Positions 32,059 to 43,707 of a stretch of DNA of 64,000 bases are shown one piece after another; within the stretch, counting starts at the first letter, position 1, and each line of letters starts with the position of its first letter. The position numbers were made by a program, and so were the translations under genes. The notes below the pieces were generated by a model. That model was not told the DNA's origin. It saw only the letters and a list, made by a program, of their open reading frames with translations, and did not search any database. Source of the stretch: Parcubacteria group bacterium M6-OD1-3 (lineage in GTDB: Bacteria; Patescibacteriota; Minisyncoccia; Moranbacterales; UBA9337); assembly GCA_003056165.1 (NCBI GenBank), contig LSNR01000002.1, positions 2,726 through 66,725 of the forward strand, given 5' to 3'.

Positions 32059-32214
32059 TTATTTTTTATTAGCAATAGCTTTTTTTGACAAGCTAATCAA
32101 TAAAGCTGTTGCTGACACTTTAGATATTTTAGAGGAATATACGCATATCTTACGAATGCCAATATATATCGGCCTAATTTCCCCAACCTTGTCTTTTTGC
32201 TTAATTAAAGTCAT
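32059..32214 (-). CDS. small hypothetical protein, 51 aa (MTLIKQKDKVGEIRPIYIGIRKICVYSSKISKVSATALLISLSKKAIANKK)
   Basis: Own translation; strong SD 'aaggaggattgtttATG'. Confidence 0.3.
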   Translation of the reverse strand: MTLIKQKDKVGEIRPIYIGIRKICVYSSKISKVSATALLISLSKKAIANKK

Positions 32215-32300
32215 AAACAATCCTCCTTCATATTATGAGTTTAACTACAAAAAATTATATTTCTATTTTTTGTAATCATATTGATAGCAATATAATGTAT

Positions 32301-32720
32301 CTACAATCCTTTTCTTTTCATATACCTTTTAGCCACTTTTATTCTATTCAGTTCTCGCTCCAAAGATGCCGCCACAAAGGCATAATCAGTATCATCAGCT
32401 GAAATTTTTTGCGATTTCAAATCTTCTGCTTTCTGTCGAGCTTTTTCAGCTTCTTTTAAATCAATTTCTTCCGCTCGCTCCGCTGTATCTGCCAAAACCG
32501 TTAACTCGTTATTGTGAAATTCAATAAAACCACCAGAAATTGCTAAGTCAACTTCTTCTTCACCTTTTTTTAAAATAGCCTCTCCCAATTTTAAAGCGGA
32601 AATATATGAGCGATGATTTGGCAAAATTGTTATTTCACCATCAATAGTCGGCAAAGTAATTTGCGATATCTCGTCTTCATAAACAACTTTTTCTGGAGTA
32701 ATAATTTTTAATTTAATCAT
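32301..32720 (-). CDS. atpC: F-ATPase epsilon subunit
   Basis: 'MIKLKIITPEKVVYEDEISQITLPTIDGEITILPNH'; ATG at 32720 preferred over the track's TTG at 32750. Confidence 0.85.
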   Translation of the reverse strand: MIKLKIITPEKVVYEDEISQITLPTIDGEITILPNHRSYISALKLGEAILKKGEEEVDLAISGGFIEFHNNELTVLADTAERAEEIDLKEAEKARQKAEDLKSQKISADDTDYAFVAASLERELNRIKVAKRYMKRKGL

Positions 32721-32728
32721 AGGTTTTA

Positions 32729-32829
32729 ATTTAGAATTTTTAATTTTCAATTTTGATTGAAATTCTAACTATCTAATTTATCATTCATTGTTGATAAAAT
32801 CTCTTTAGCTTCATTTTTTTAGTTTCATC
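32729..32829. repeat. decayed copy of the four-helix-bundle IVS-type element: one inverted terminal repeat (ttagaatttttaattttcaattttgattgaaattctaact) plus an internally deleted 3' remnant of the 4HB gene
   Basis: Compared by eye with 36495-36620. Confidence 0.55.
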
Positions 32830-32844
32830 TATTTATCATCAGTT

Positions 32845-33332
32845 GTCATCCTGGAAGTTAGAAATTCTTAAACGAACTTTGTCTGCCGATAGGCAGGCGA
32901 AGTGAGTTTGTAGAATTTCAACTATCTGGGATCTCAATAAAATTGCGCTAAACTTTACAAATTAATATATAAATCCTTCCATTCTGAATTTTCTTTTTCA
33001 ATTAATTCTATTTTCCATTTTCTCCTAAATCTTTTCAGCTTCTTTTCTCTTTCTATAGCACTAATTATATTCTCTGTTTGTTCATAGTATACTAGCTTAT
33101 CTAGGTTATATTTTTTCGTAAATCCATCTATATGTTTTTGCCTATGTTGCCAAATTCTCCGTTGCAAATTTCCAGTCACGCCAATATATAATACTCCTCT
33201 TTTTTTATTGGTGACAATGTAGATGCAATACTGTCGCATATTTTAGTTTTTTTATTTTTACTGAGATCCCGGACAAACTATTTTTCTATTACTCGCTTCG
33301 CTCATAATGAAAAATATGTTTTCCAGGATGAC
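32845..33332. mobile_element. about 490-bp GIY-YIG mini-element with about 90-bp imperfect inverted terminal repeats (ends gtcatcctggaa / ttccaggatgac; sub-terminal gcgaagtgagtttgtagaa…ctgggatc vs gatcccgg…ctattactcgcttcgc)
   Basis: Inverted repeats read directly; sits between atpD stop and atpC start. Confidence 0.65.
32955..33239 (-). CDS. GIY-YIG nuclease (small stand-alone family)
   Basis: 'CIYIVTNKKRGVLYIGVTGNLQRRIWQH' GIY…YIG signature. Confidence 0.8.
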   Translation of the reverse strand: MRQYCIYIVTNKKRGVLYIGVTGNLQRRIWQHRQKHIDGFTKKYNLDKLVYYEQTENIISAIEREKKLKRFRRKWKIELIEKENSEWKDLYINL

Positions 33333-33340
33333 ATAAAAAA

Positions 33341-34732
<1,392 letters not shown>

Positions 34733-34868
34733 TTAATTTATAATTTAAAGTTTTTTTACAATCTCCAATTTACAATCTATTTTCATAAATTGTAAATCTT
34801 GAATTATAAAATATTATTTTTTAACCCCGTTCTACAATTTGATTTATTCATATCCAAATCACCAATTC

Positions 34869-35267
34869 TTATCCCTCGTTAATAAATGGATTATTTCCCT
34901 CAAATAATATTTCCCTCACTTCATTGTTGATAAACCTTTCTGACACTCCATATTTTTGACTATATAATATACTAACTGGACCAAAAATTGCCTCATTATA
35001 GTTGAATCCCATTTTTTTACTAACTTTTTTTACAACTTTCTCCGACTTTCCTTCAATTTCTACAAACGGTTCTAAAAATGGCCATTCGTCAATCATAATT
35101 TCTACACCATCTACTTTCCAAATTTCTCGTCTAGTTTCCTGGTATGATTTTTTTTGACAGCCGATTGCTTTTAAAAATAATTCTGCTTGCTTGTAATTAT
35201 CAACTTCCAGTTCTATCTCTTTCTGACCTTTGATATCAGATTGATTATCAATGGATTTAAAAGTCAA
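34869..35267 (-). CDS. CYTH-like (CyaB/ThTPase-type) domain protein, possibly C-terminal half only
   Basis: 'VDGVEIMIDEWPFLEPFVEIEG' resembles the CYTH C-terminal strand; inserted between atpD and atpG. Confidence 0.35.
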   Translation of the reverse strand: MTFKSIDNQSDIKGQKEIELEVDNYKQAELFLKAIGCQKKSYQETRREIWKVDGVEIMIDEWPFLEPFVEIEGKSEKVVKKVSKKMGFNYNEAIFGPVSILYSQKYGVSERFINNEVREILFEGNNPFINEG

Positions 35268-35526
35268 AGTTATTTTTTCATTTTCATCTCTAACTCTCAG
35301 CCAACTTTTTTTAACTTTACAATCTTGTGGAGGTCGCCAAGTGCTTCTTTTTTGTAAAAATTCTTTTTTTATTAATTCCGCTCCAATTTCTTTTAATTTA
35401 ATCCCAATATCGTCTTTATTAATATTTTTAAATGTTGCCTCAATTCAATATTCATATTATTAACTTTCATATATTAGTTTCCAATTTCAGACAAATTTAT
35501 TAAATATTTATTTATAACTCATAATT

Positions 35527-36483
35527 TTATTCTAATGCGGCGCGACCAGCGGAAATTTCTGCTATTTCTTGAGTAATTTTTGTTTGCCTAATCTGATTAT
35601 ACGCCAATGTCAAACCCTCTGCCATATCATTAGCCGCATCAGTTGCACTCCGCATCGCCATCATTCGTGCTGATTCTTTAGAAGCATTTGACTCCAGAAT
35701 AGCGTGATAAATTTGCATTTCAATCAAACGAGGAATAATATGTGTTAAAACTTTTTTAGGACTTGGCTCCACCTTATATTCCATTTGCGGTTCATTTAAT
35801 CCATATTCTTTAGCTAGATTATCCATCTCCGCAATTTGCTTTTCTAAATCAATTTTGGAAACTGGTAGCAATTGTCTAATTTTCGGCTCTTGTGTCATTG
35901 TTGAAATATAATCAGTATAAGCGATAACAACTTTATCATATTTTTTTTCCAAATAGTCATCTATCACTATTTTTGATACAGGACGAACGCCTTCAATTTT
36001 TGGAAGATAAGTTAATTCGGGAAAAGTAGCAACAATTTCTTTGCCCAATTTTCGCACCAAATTTTCACCCTTCTTACCGACTGTGATAAAATCAATTTTC
36101 AAGTCTTTGTCAGCAATATCTGATTCTATTTTTTGCACACCAATTCTGTTTACTTTTAAACTAGCCGGTTTTGTAATTTCATTCTTAATTTTTTTAATAA
36201 TTTGGGCATTAAAAGAGCCACATAAACCACGATTGGAAGTAATGGCAATCACCAAAACTTTTTTAACCGGTCGCACTGCTAATAATCCATGTTCATATTT
36301 TTCAAAAGCTCTTGCCAAATTAGTTAAGACACTCCAAGCACTGTGTGCATATTCACGAATTTTCAAAACACTTTCTGTCGATTTACGCATTTTTGCAGCC
36401 GAAACCATCTCCATTGCTCGAGTTATTTTTGCCGTATTATTTATCGACTTTATCCGCCGATTTATATCTTTTAAATTAGTCAT
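35527..36483 (-). CDS. atpG: F-ATPase gamma subunit
   Basis: 'IKSINNTAKITRAMEMVSAAKMRK' N-terminus; conserved C-terminal helix. Confidence 0.9.
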   Translation of the reverse strand: MTNLKDINRRIKSINNTAKITRAMEMVSAAKMRKSTESVLKIREYAHSAWSVLTNLARAFEKYEHGLLAVRPVKKVLVIAITSNRGLCGSFNAQIIKKIKNEITKPASLKVNRIGVQKIESDIADKDLKIDFITVGKKGENLVRKLGKEIVATFPELTYLPKIEGVRPVSKIVIDDYLEKKYDKVVIAYTDYISTMTQEPKIRQLLPVSKIDLEKQIAEMDNLAKEYGLNEPQMEYKVEPSPKKVLTHIIPRLIEMQIYHAILESNASKESARMMAMRSATDAANDMAEGLTLAYNQIRQTKITQEIAEISAGRAALE

Positions 36484-36494
36484 TTTTAATTTAA

Positions 36495-36962
36495 TTTAGA
36501 ATTTCCAATTTCGAATTTTGATTGAAATTCCAATTATTTAATTCATTATTTCTTGTCCTTTTTCATTGTTGATAAAATTTTTCCAAATATCAATGTTAAT
36601 TCTTGTGCTTCATTCCAAATCTTTCTAGCTTCATCTTTTTTAGTTTCATCAGCGGTAGAAATCATTCTCAACCAATGTTTAGTTTCTTGAATTTCCTTCT
36701 TACAAATATGAATTTTATTTCTAAAATCTTTTTTTGAACTAGCTCCGTTAGCTTCCATGTAATTAGCTCCAACACTAGTAGCTGAACGAACTATTTGTGA
36801 TATTAATGGGTGCATTACAATATCCTTCTTAATTGTCCTACAAAAAATAATTACACTTTCTTCAAATTTAGCTGTCCGTTCTTCTAAATCAAAATTTTTA
36901 GACATCTATTTCAAAATTAATTCATTAAAGCATTCAATCAAAATTGGAAATTGGAAATTAAT
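36495..36962. mobile_element. IVS-type mini-element: four-helix-bundle protein gene flanked by about 45-bp inverted terminal repeats (core aatttccaatttcSaattttgattgaa)
   Basis: Left arm 36495-36545 and RC of right arm 36918-36962 align by eye. Confidence 0.65.
36546..36905 (-). CDS. four-helix-bundle protein (rRNA-intervening-sequence protein family)
   Basis: 'LISQIVRSATSVGANYMEA' signature. Confidence 0.8.
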   Translation of the reverse strand: MSKNFDLEERTAKFEESVIIFCRTIKKDIVMHPLISQIVRSATSVGANYMEANGASSKKDFRNKIHICKKEIQETKHWLRMISTADETKKDEARKIWNEAQELTLIFGKILSTMKKDKK

Positions 36963-36969
36963 CTACATC

Positions 36970-38460
36970 TTAAATCGTAAAATTGGTTATCGCTTTTTTC
37001 AATTTCGCCTCCATTCCCTCGCTCAACTCTCCACTCTCACGAATTTTATCCAAAACATCTTGGTGCATTGATTTCATATATTTGTGAAACTTCATTTCCC
37101 ACTCTGTAATTTTTTCTACATCTATTTCATCCATAAATCCATTTGTCAAAGCATACAAAATTGCTACTTGATTTTCTACTACTAATGGAGCATATTGTTT
37201 CTGTTTTAAAATTTCCACCGTTCGCTTTCCTCTTTCAATCTGTGCTCGAGTTTTTTCATCCAAGTCTGAACCAAATTGAGCGAAAGCTTCCAGCTCTCTA
37301 AACTGTGCCAAATCCAATCTGATTTTTCCAGCTACTTTTTTCATAGCTTTGATTTGTGCTGCTGACCCTACTCGCGAAACAGAAAGCCCCGCGTTAATTG
37401 CTGGCTTAATTCCTTTATTAAATAAATCTGTTTCCAAAAATATTTGTCCATCTGTAATAGAAATAACATTGGTCGGAATATAAGCGGAAACATCTCCAGC
37501 TTGCGTTTCAATAATTGGCAAAGCAGTAATTGAACCACCACCAAATTTTTCATCCAATTTTGCGCTTCGCTCTAATAAACGAGAATGCAAATAGAAAACA
37601 TCTCCAGGATAAGCCTCTCGTCCCGGTGGTCTTTTTAGAATTAAGGAAATTTGTCGATAAGCCCAAGCATGTTTACTTAAATCATCGTGAATTACTAAAA
37701 CATCTTTTCCTTGATCCATAAAATATTCAGCAATCGCTGTACCTGTGTATGGGGCAATATAAGAAAATGCTGCTGCCTCTGATGCTCCAGCAATCACTAC
37801 AATCGTGTGCTCCATTGCTCCAGCTTTTTCCAACTCCGCCACAATTCTAGCAACTTTTGATTCCTTCTGACCAATCGCCACATAAATACAAATCATATCT
37901 TGCCCTTTTTGATTGATAATTGTATCAACGGCAATGGCAGTTTTTCCAGTTTGACGGTCACCAATAATCAACTCTCTTTGTCCTCGTCCAACTGGAATCA
38001 TTGAGTCAATTGCTTTAATTCCCGTTTGCACCGGTTGATGAACTGATTTTCGTTCGATTACACCTGGCGCAATTTTTTCAATTGGATAAAATTTTTCTGA
38101 TTTTATTTCTCCTTTAGCATCAATCGCTTGCCCTAATGGATTTATAACTCTTCCAATCATTTTTTCTGAGACTGGCACTGAAAGAATTTTTCCAGTAGAT
38201 TTCACTTCATCACCCTCTTTAATTCCCTTATAATCTCCCAGAATCATCACACCAACTTGATCCTCTTCTAAATTCAAAGCTACACCCATTGTTCCATCTG
38301 AGAATTCTAACATTTCCGATGCCATAGCATCATCCAATCCTTCCACGCGTGCTACACCATCACCCACTTCTAAGACCTTTCCGACTTTTTCGGTTTTGGT
38401 TTCGGTTTCAAAACCGGCAATTTGCTTTTTTAATTGTTCTACAATGTAATCTTTTGACAT
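36970..38460 (-). CDS. atpA: F-ATPase alpha subunit
   Basis: P-loop 'GDRQTGKT'. Confidence 0.95.
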   Translation of the reverse strand: MSKDYIVEQLKKQIAGFETETKTEKVGKVLEVGDGVARVEGLDDAMASEMLEFSDGTMGVALNLEEDQVGVMILGDYKGIKEGDEVKSTGKILSVPVSEKMIGRVINPLGQAIDAKGEIKSEKFYPIEKIAPGVIERKSVHQPVQTGIKAIDSMIPVGRGQRELIIGDRQTGKTAIAVDTIINQKGQDMICIYVAIGQKESKVARIVAELEKAGAMEHTIVVIAGASEAAAFSYIAPYTGTAIAEYFMDQGKDVLVIHDDLSKHAWAYRQISLILKRPPGREAYPGDVFYLHSRLLERSAKLDEKFGGGSITALPIIETQAGDVSAYIPTNVISITDGQIFLETDLFNKGIKPAINAGLSVSRVGSAAQIKAMKKVAGKIRLDLAQFRELEAFAQFGSDLDEKTRAQIERGKRTVEILKQKQYAPLVVENQVAILYALTNGFMDEIDVEKITEWEMKFHKYMKSMHQDVLDKIRESGELSEGMEAKLKKAITNFTI

Positions 38461-38477
38461 AAATTTTTCAATTATTA

Positions 38478-38570
38478 ATTTAGCATTTTGAATTTTGATT
38501 GAATGATTTAATGTTAAAATTTTTAATTAAAACATTAAATAACTAAGCTTTCAATCAAAATTCAAAATTT
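38478..38570. repeat. empty MITE-like copy of the 4HB element: two inverted terminal repeats facing each other with about 16 bp between
   Basis: ttagcattttgaattttgattgaatgatttaatgtt / aacattaaataactaagctttcaatcaaaattcaaaattt. Confidence 0.6.
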
Positions 38571-38586
38571 AATCCACAATTTATAA

Positions 38587-38988
38587 TTATTTTACCATCG
38601 CTTTTCTCAATTCCCGCAACTGTCTACTCACGCTTCCATCCAAAACCTCATCGCCAACCTTGATAATAACTCCACCTTTAATATTTTTATCTACTTTATT
38701 CTTTAAATGTACCTCCTTCGCTTGATATTTATTTTTTACAAATTCCTTAGTTTCATTTTGCAAACTTTCACTCAATTCTCGACGACTAATAACTTCCGCC
38801 TCCACAATCCCATTTTCTTTGTTCCAAATTTCCGAAAACTTTTTCACAATATCCGACAACAAATTTAACTGCCGATTTTTCTTCAATAGCTCCGCCAACT
38901 TTTTAATCACACCATCAACCTCACTCTCACTCTTTTTCTGAGTCAGCTCAAATAATGTCTGCGCATATTGTTTACTTGTTATTTTCAT
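38587..38988 (-). CDS. atpH: F-ATPase delta (OSCP) subunit, short form
   Basis: Operon position; conserved C-terminal 'GGVIIKVGDEVLDGSV'. Confidence 0.75.
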   Translation of the reverse strand: MKITSKQYAQTLFELTQKKSESEVDGVIKKLAELLKKNRQLNLLSDIVKKFSEIWNKENGIVEAEVISRRELSESLQNETKEFVKNKYQAKEVHLKNKVDKNIKGGVIIKVGDEVLDGSVSRQLRELRKAMVK

Positions 38989-39003
38989 AAATATAGTCAG
39001 TGT

Positions 39004-39156
39004 GTCATTCTGGAAAACATATTTTTCATCGTGAGCTTGCGAACGATAGAAAAATAGTTTATCCGGAATCTACCCTTTAATATATATCACAAATTATCAT
39101 ATAAATCCTTCTATTTTGGATTTTCTTTTTCAATTAATTCTATTTTTCAGGATGAC
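39004..39156. mobile_element. internally deleted (MITE-like) derivative of the GIY-YIG element: both termini (gtcattctggaa … ttcaggatgac), sub-terminal repeat and about 50 bp of the nuclease gene 3' end retained
   Basis: Compared by eye with 32845-33332. Confidence 0.6.
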
Positions 39157-39201
39157 AACTGGGATTACTTTATTTTATCCAAATTTTCAAATTAAATCCA
39201 A

Positions 39202-39693
39202 TCACTGTTTATTGACCATTGATTCTATTATCTCTTTGTCCTTTCCCTCATTAATTTTCTCGCCAACAATTTTATCCGTTGCCAAAGCCACTAAATCAAT
39301 TACTTCTGCTTTTACTTCTGTCAACATTTTCTGCTTTTCTTCTCTAATATTTTTTTTAGCATCACTAACTAATTTTTCCACTTTTTGTTTAGATTCAATA
39401 ATGATACCCTCACCACTCTTTTTTGCTTGCTCTTCAGCTTTTCCAATAATCCTTTGCGCCTCTTGCCTCGCTTTTTTTAAAACCTTCTTTTCTTTTTCCT
39501 CAATTTCTGTCAATTTTTTTTGTGATTTTTCCGCATCCTTTAATCCTTTTTCTATTTTATCTTTTCGTTCCTCAAGCACTTCTAAAACAGGCTTGTAAGC
39601 AAATTTTTTCAATACCCAAAGCAACACAAAAAAATTCACAATTTGCGCTAATAATAATTTTCCATTAATACCTAAATTTTGTAATAAATCCAT
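39202..39693 (-). CDS. atpF: F-ATPase b subunit
   Basis: ATG at 39693 (MDLLQNLGING… then TM helix) preferred over the track's longer 39753 start. Confidence 0.75.
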   Translation of the reverse strand: MDLLQNLGINGKLLLAQIVNFFVLLWVLKKFAYKPVLEVLEERKDKIEKGLKDAEKSQKKLTEIEEKEKKVLKKARQEAQRIIGKAEEQAKKSGEGIIIESKQKVEKLVSDAKKNIREEKQKMLTEVKAEVIDLVALATDKIVGEKINEGKDKEIIESMVNKQ

Positions 39694-39812
39694 ATTTTCA
39701 AATTTTAATTTGTTATTCTCAAACCGCAAACATTTATACAAACCTACAGACATAAATTCGTAGATTTGTATTTAATTTGTAGTTTCCCGCCATAGGCGGA
39801 TAGGCGTAGTGA

Positions 39813-40088
<276 letters not shown>

Positions 40089-40099
40089 TTATTAACTAT

Positions 40100-40151
40100 T
40101 AATTATAAATTATGAATTATTAAATATTTAATAATTCATAATTTATAATTA
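40100..40151. repeat. perfect 52-nt A/T palindrome in the atpB-atpE spacer
   Basis: taattataaattatgaattattaaata|tttaataattcataatttataatta. Confidence 0.8.
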
Positions 40152-40153
40152 AA

Positions 40154-40915
40154 CTAATGTGCTTCTGTTGCCATCTTGAAAAATACTAGCGTTAACATTG
40201 AAAAAACCATCGCTTGAATAAATCCTACAAAAATCTCTAACATCAAAAATGGTAATGGTATAAAATATGGGACTAACATCAACATCACCGTCAATAAAAC
40301 TTCTCCAGCAAAAATATTTCCAAACAAACGAAAGGAAAATGATACTACTTTGGCAAATTCTGAAATTATTTCCAATAATCCAACAAATGTTCCGATAAAA
40401 TAAGGTTTTTTAAACGGATTAACTAAAAATTTTCCAGAATATTTTTTAAATCCCAAAGCAGAAACACCCATTATTTGAGCAGTAATAACCGCAATCAACG
40501 CTATTGCCAAAGTCATATTAAGATCTGCACTATTGCTTCTAATAAAAGGAATTAATTCTGTCTCTCCATTGTGAATTTTATTTACACCGATTGTTCCCAA
40601 CCCTGGTATTAGTTCAATCCAATTTGACATTATAATGAAAATAAAAATTGTAGCTATATATGGAAAAAACTTTTTACTTTGTGTTCTGTCACCAGTAATA
40701 CTGTCAACTAATTCCAGCAATGCCTCTACTATATATTCTAGAATATTGTGCAGTCCCTTAGGCTTGTGTTTTGTTTTTGATTCTTTTGTTTTTTTATTCA
40801 AAAAAAATGAACTAGTTATAATTATACTACTTATAATTATAGTCATCAAAAAAGTATTAGTAATAGGAAATCCCCCAATCGTAGTTATTAATTCTGGAGT
40901 TAATGAAATTTGCAT
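40154..40915 (-). CDS. atpB: F-ATPase a subunit
   Basis: Polytopic; conserved Arg in penultimate helix ('FSFRLFGNIFAGE'). Confidence 0.9.
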   Translation of the reverse strand: MQISLTPELITTIGGFPITNTFLMTIIISSIIITSSFFLNKKTKESKTKHKPKGLHNILEYIVEALLELVDSITGDRTQSKKFFPYIATIFIFIIMSNWIELIPGLGTIGVNKIHNGETELIPFIRSNSADLNMTLAIALIAVITAQIMGVSALGFKKYSGKFLVNPFKKPYFIGTFVGLLEIISEFAKVVSFSFRLFGNIFAGEVLLTVMLMLVPYFIPLPFLMLEIFVGFIQAMVFSMLTLVFFKMATEAH

Positions 40916-40947
40916 ACTTTATTATAAACTTTATAATCAATATTAAT

Positions 40948-41211
40948 TTATATCTCGTTAATAATTTTTACCATCTTTTTATAAATCAACCAGCTGGTTA
41001 ACACTACTGAAATAAAGATACCTAGCAATAAAAACCACGGGGCACTATCTAACTTTTTATCTAACAATTTTCCACCTAACGCCAATAATACAATTGGAAT
41101 AGCAATAGTGTAACCCAACTCCATCGCCAAAGAAAAAACAGACCACTGTCCATCTATACTATTATTTTTCATTTTAATACAAAAACTAATTTTGTTTACT
41201 ACTAAACACAC
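40948..41211 (-). CDS. AtpI/AtpZ-like small membrane protein
   Basis: Position at head of atp operon; two TM segments. Confidence 0.45.
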   Translation of the reverse strand: MCLVVNKISFCIKMKNNSIDGQWSVFSLAMELGYTIAIPIVLLALGGKLLDKKLDSAPWFLLLGIFISVVLTSWLIYKKMVKIINEI

Positions 41212-41255
41212 CTATTATATCCAAAGCACTTATAAAAGTCAACTAAAATTTATTT

Positions 41256-42071
41256 TTATAAAGTAAACAATTTTCTAGCATTGTCAGTTGTTTGCTTCTC
41301 GACTTCTTTGATGTCAATTTTTAAAACATCTGCAATTTTTTTTGCCGTATATCTAACATTAATTGGTTCATTGCGACTATATCTCTCCAATGGTGATGGC
41401 GTTAAATATGGAGCATCTGTTTCTAGTATAATGTTTTTCAATCCAATTTCTTTTATTAATTTATCATAGCTTTCCGTATAAGTAACAATTCCATTTAAAC
41501 CAATTTTAAAACCCAGCTCAATAAACTTTTCCGCTGTTTTATAATTGCCAATAAAACTATGCACTACCCCTCTTCTTTTTACCAAGTTTTCTTTTAATAT
41601 TTCTAATAAATCATTGTACGCATCCCAACAATGTATAGCTATTGGTTTTTTTACTTCATTAGCAAGTCTGATGAATTCCTTAAAAACTTCTTTTTGTTTT
41701 TTCTTAATCTTCAATATTTCTTCTTCACCAAGCTTCTTATCGAAATGATGATAATCTAATCCCACTTCCCCAATTGCCACTACTTTTTTATTTTGTGCTA
41801 ATTGTAAATACTTTTTATAATTAAGTTTTTCAATATAATTTTCTTCGGGTAAAACATTTGGCGAATTAAAAAGATGGATTGGATGCAAACCTACTACCGC
41901 CCAAACTCCACTAGTATATTTTTCCGCATATTCAATTGCCCGCTGACTGGTTCGCCATTCTGCACCAACATTAATAAGCTGGACATCATTTTCTAGTGTC
42001 CGCTTAATCACCATATCTGCATCTTCTTTAAAATCCTTAAAATTTAAATGACAATGTGTGTCTATTAGCAT
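41256..42071 (-). CDS. tatD: TatD-family metal-dependent DNase
   Basis: 'MLIDTHCHLNF' N-terminus. Confidence 0.9.
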   Translation of the reverse strand: MLIDTHCHLNFKDFKEDADMVIKRTLENDVQLINVGAEWRTSQRAIEYAEKYTSGVWAVVGLHPIHLFNSPNVLPEENYIEKLNYKKYLQLAQNKKVVAIGEVGLDYHHFDKKLGEEEILKIKKKQKEVFKEFIRLANEVKKPIAIHCWDAYNDLLEILKENLVKRRGVVHSFIGNYKTAEKFIELGFKIGLNGIVTYTESYDKLIKEIGLKNIILETDAPYLTPSPLERYSRNEPINVRYTAKKIADVLKIDIKEVEKQTTDNARKLFTL

Positions 42072-42284
42072 AGCTTATTGTTTTATATACTTATTTTACT
42101 TATAATTAAAATACTTCTGACTTTAATACTAACTTATAATCTTATAACACACAAAAAATATGCAACACTATTTTCTTTCTAAAACAAAAATTCCAGAAAA
42201 CTTACCAGCAGAAATGCAAGATGCAATCAACAACTTAAAGCAATCTACTGACCAAAAAAATGTCTACACAAAGCCTACAAACTA

Positions 42285-42602
42285 ATGACTACTAAATACA
42301 GAGGCTATCGACTTAAAACATATCTTAATTTTTTTCAAATTTTTATATTTGATATTACAAAGCTATGGAATAGAACAGGATTTATTCATTGTCATAACGC
42401 CAACTATTTAATGAGAATATTATTGGTAAAAAGCGGTTTTTTTAAAAATAGCGATATTCAAAATAAATGGACACTGGTGTGGTATTTTTCTCCACATCAA
42501 TATCTACAAATAAAATTAAATAATGGCAGTACTATAAATATTGATATTTGGGGAAGTGCTTATGGAGTTAAATTTGGTAATTATGCGCATGGCATTCATT
42601 AA
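42285..42602 (+). CDS. small transglutaminase-like (Cys/His papain-fold) domain protein
   Basis: 'FIHCHNANYLMRILLVKSG…H…INIDIW' pattern; start overlaps (TAATG) a 41-aa upstream ORF at 42160-42285. Confidence 0.35.
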   Translation: MTTKYRGYRLKTYLNFFQIFIFDITKLWNRTGFIHCHNANYLMRILLVKSGFFKNSDIQNKWTLVWYFSPHQYLQIKLNNGSTINIDIWGSAYGVKFGNYAHGIH

Positions 42603-42640
42603 AGTTTTTTCAATTCCGTCTCCAAAACCTTTTTTCCATC
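42593..42640. repeat. 48-bp perfect direct repeat, left copy (right copy 52773-52820)
   Basis: cattcattaaagttttttcaattccgtctccaaaaccttttttccatc read identically at both sites. Confidence 0.9.
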
Positions 42641-42685
42641 TTCAGTGAATAGAAATTTAATAAAAAAAACCAATTTAGTAAAAAA

Positions 42686-43429
42686 CTAGCATTTCCTCCA
42701 AATAAATTTTAAAAAATTCATTTGCAATTTTGCCATTTCTCTATTTTCAATCACTACGCCAACAAAATTTGTTAAAGATATCATAGCAACTTTATCTCCA
42801 GAAACCAATAAATCTACATCAAACAAAAAATCTTTTGGCAATAATTTTGACTTACCTATATTATCAACAATGCCATTTTCAACATAACGCTTACCCTCCT
42901 TAGTATTCTCAACTAAGTCTCTTAACTCTCCGCCACTTTCATAAATATTTTTTAAAAATTCTCCACCATCTTTTTCACTAAATACAGTATAATATCTGTC
43001 GGCAGAAAAAATACTCCATAATCTTTTTGGTGTTTTAGTCATTTCCCGATAAATTGAGCGCATTCCTTCCTTACCTTCGTAAAATTTTACAGTTGGCTTC
43101 TTAGATGAAGTGTTATGCAAATCGACAAGCAATGGCAAAATCTCTTTCGCCTTTCTTTTTCTTTTTTCCAAAATGGTTAAAATCTTTTTAGGATTTTGTG
43201 GTATATAGTAAATGCGCTTTCCTTTAAAAGTTTTCTGCAGTAAGTCTTGTTTAAGCAATTTATCTACATAAATATACAATGCTGTTCTAATTATGTTAGA
43301 CTCGCGTGCAATTTCCGTGATATTAGCCACACCCAATCTCAACACGGCCAAATACACTTTGGCCTCATTTTTAGAAAAACCAAGTTCTCTCAGAATTTTC
43401 TCAATTTTTTGCTTATTTTCCATATACAT
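42686..43429 (-). CDS. TrmB-family transcriptional regulator
   Basis: N-terminal wHTH 'LGFSKNEAKVYLAVLRLGVANITEIARESNIIRTALYIYVDKLLKQDLL'. Confidence 0.7.
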   Translation of the reverse strand: MYMENKQKIEKILRELGFSKNEAKVYLAVLRLGVANITEIARESNIIRTALYIYVDKLLKQDLLQKTFKGKRIYYIPQNPKKILTILEKRKRKAKEILPLLVDLHNTSSKKPTVKFYEGKEGMRSIYREMTKTPKRLWSIFSADRYYTVFSEKDGGEFLKNIYESGGELRDLVENTKEGKRYVENGIVDNIGKSKLLPKDFLFDVDLLVSGDKVAMISLTNFVGVVIENREMAKLQMNFLKFIWRKC

Positions 43430-43707
43430 TTATTATGATTTTATGAAAATCTAACTATCATAAAAATTTATAAACTATTTTTATACTAATTAGGTTTTAC
43501 CTTATACTAAAAACTTAAAAGTGTCAACTTCTTTTGACACTTTTTTTAAAAAATAAACAGAATTGGGCTTAAAATAAGCGTTTTTACTAAAAATTTGACA
43601 ATAAAATTGTAAAAATTTGTATAAATTGTAGTATTCTAGTAGTTCATTGCATTCAAAAGCGCGAACGACGAATATCGTTTGAGCGCCAAAACCCGGGAGG
43701 TGGGAAA

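Noticed and set aside
36041-36499. 152-aa plus-strand ORF
   Set aside because: Antisense to atpG.
39116-39598. 160-aa plus-strand ORF
   Set aside because: Low-complexity F/S-rich translation overlapping the GIY-YIG element remnant and antisense to atpF.
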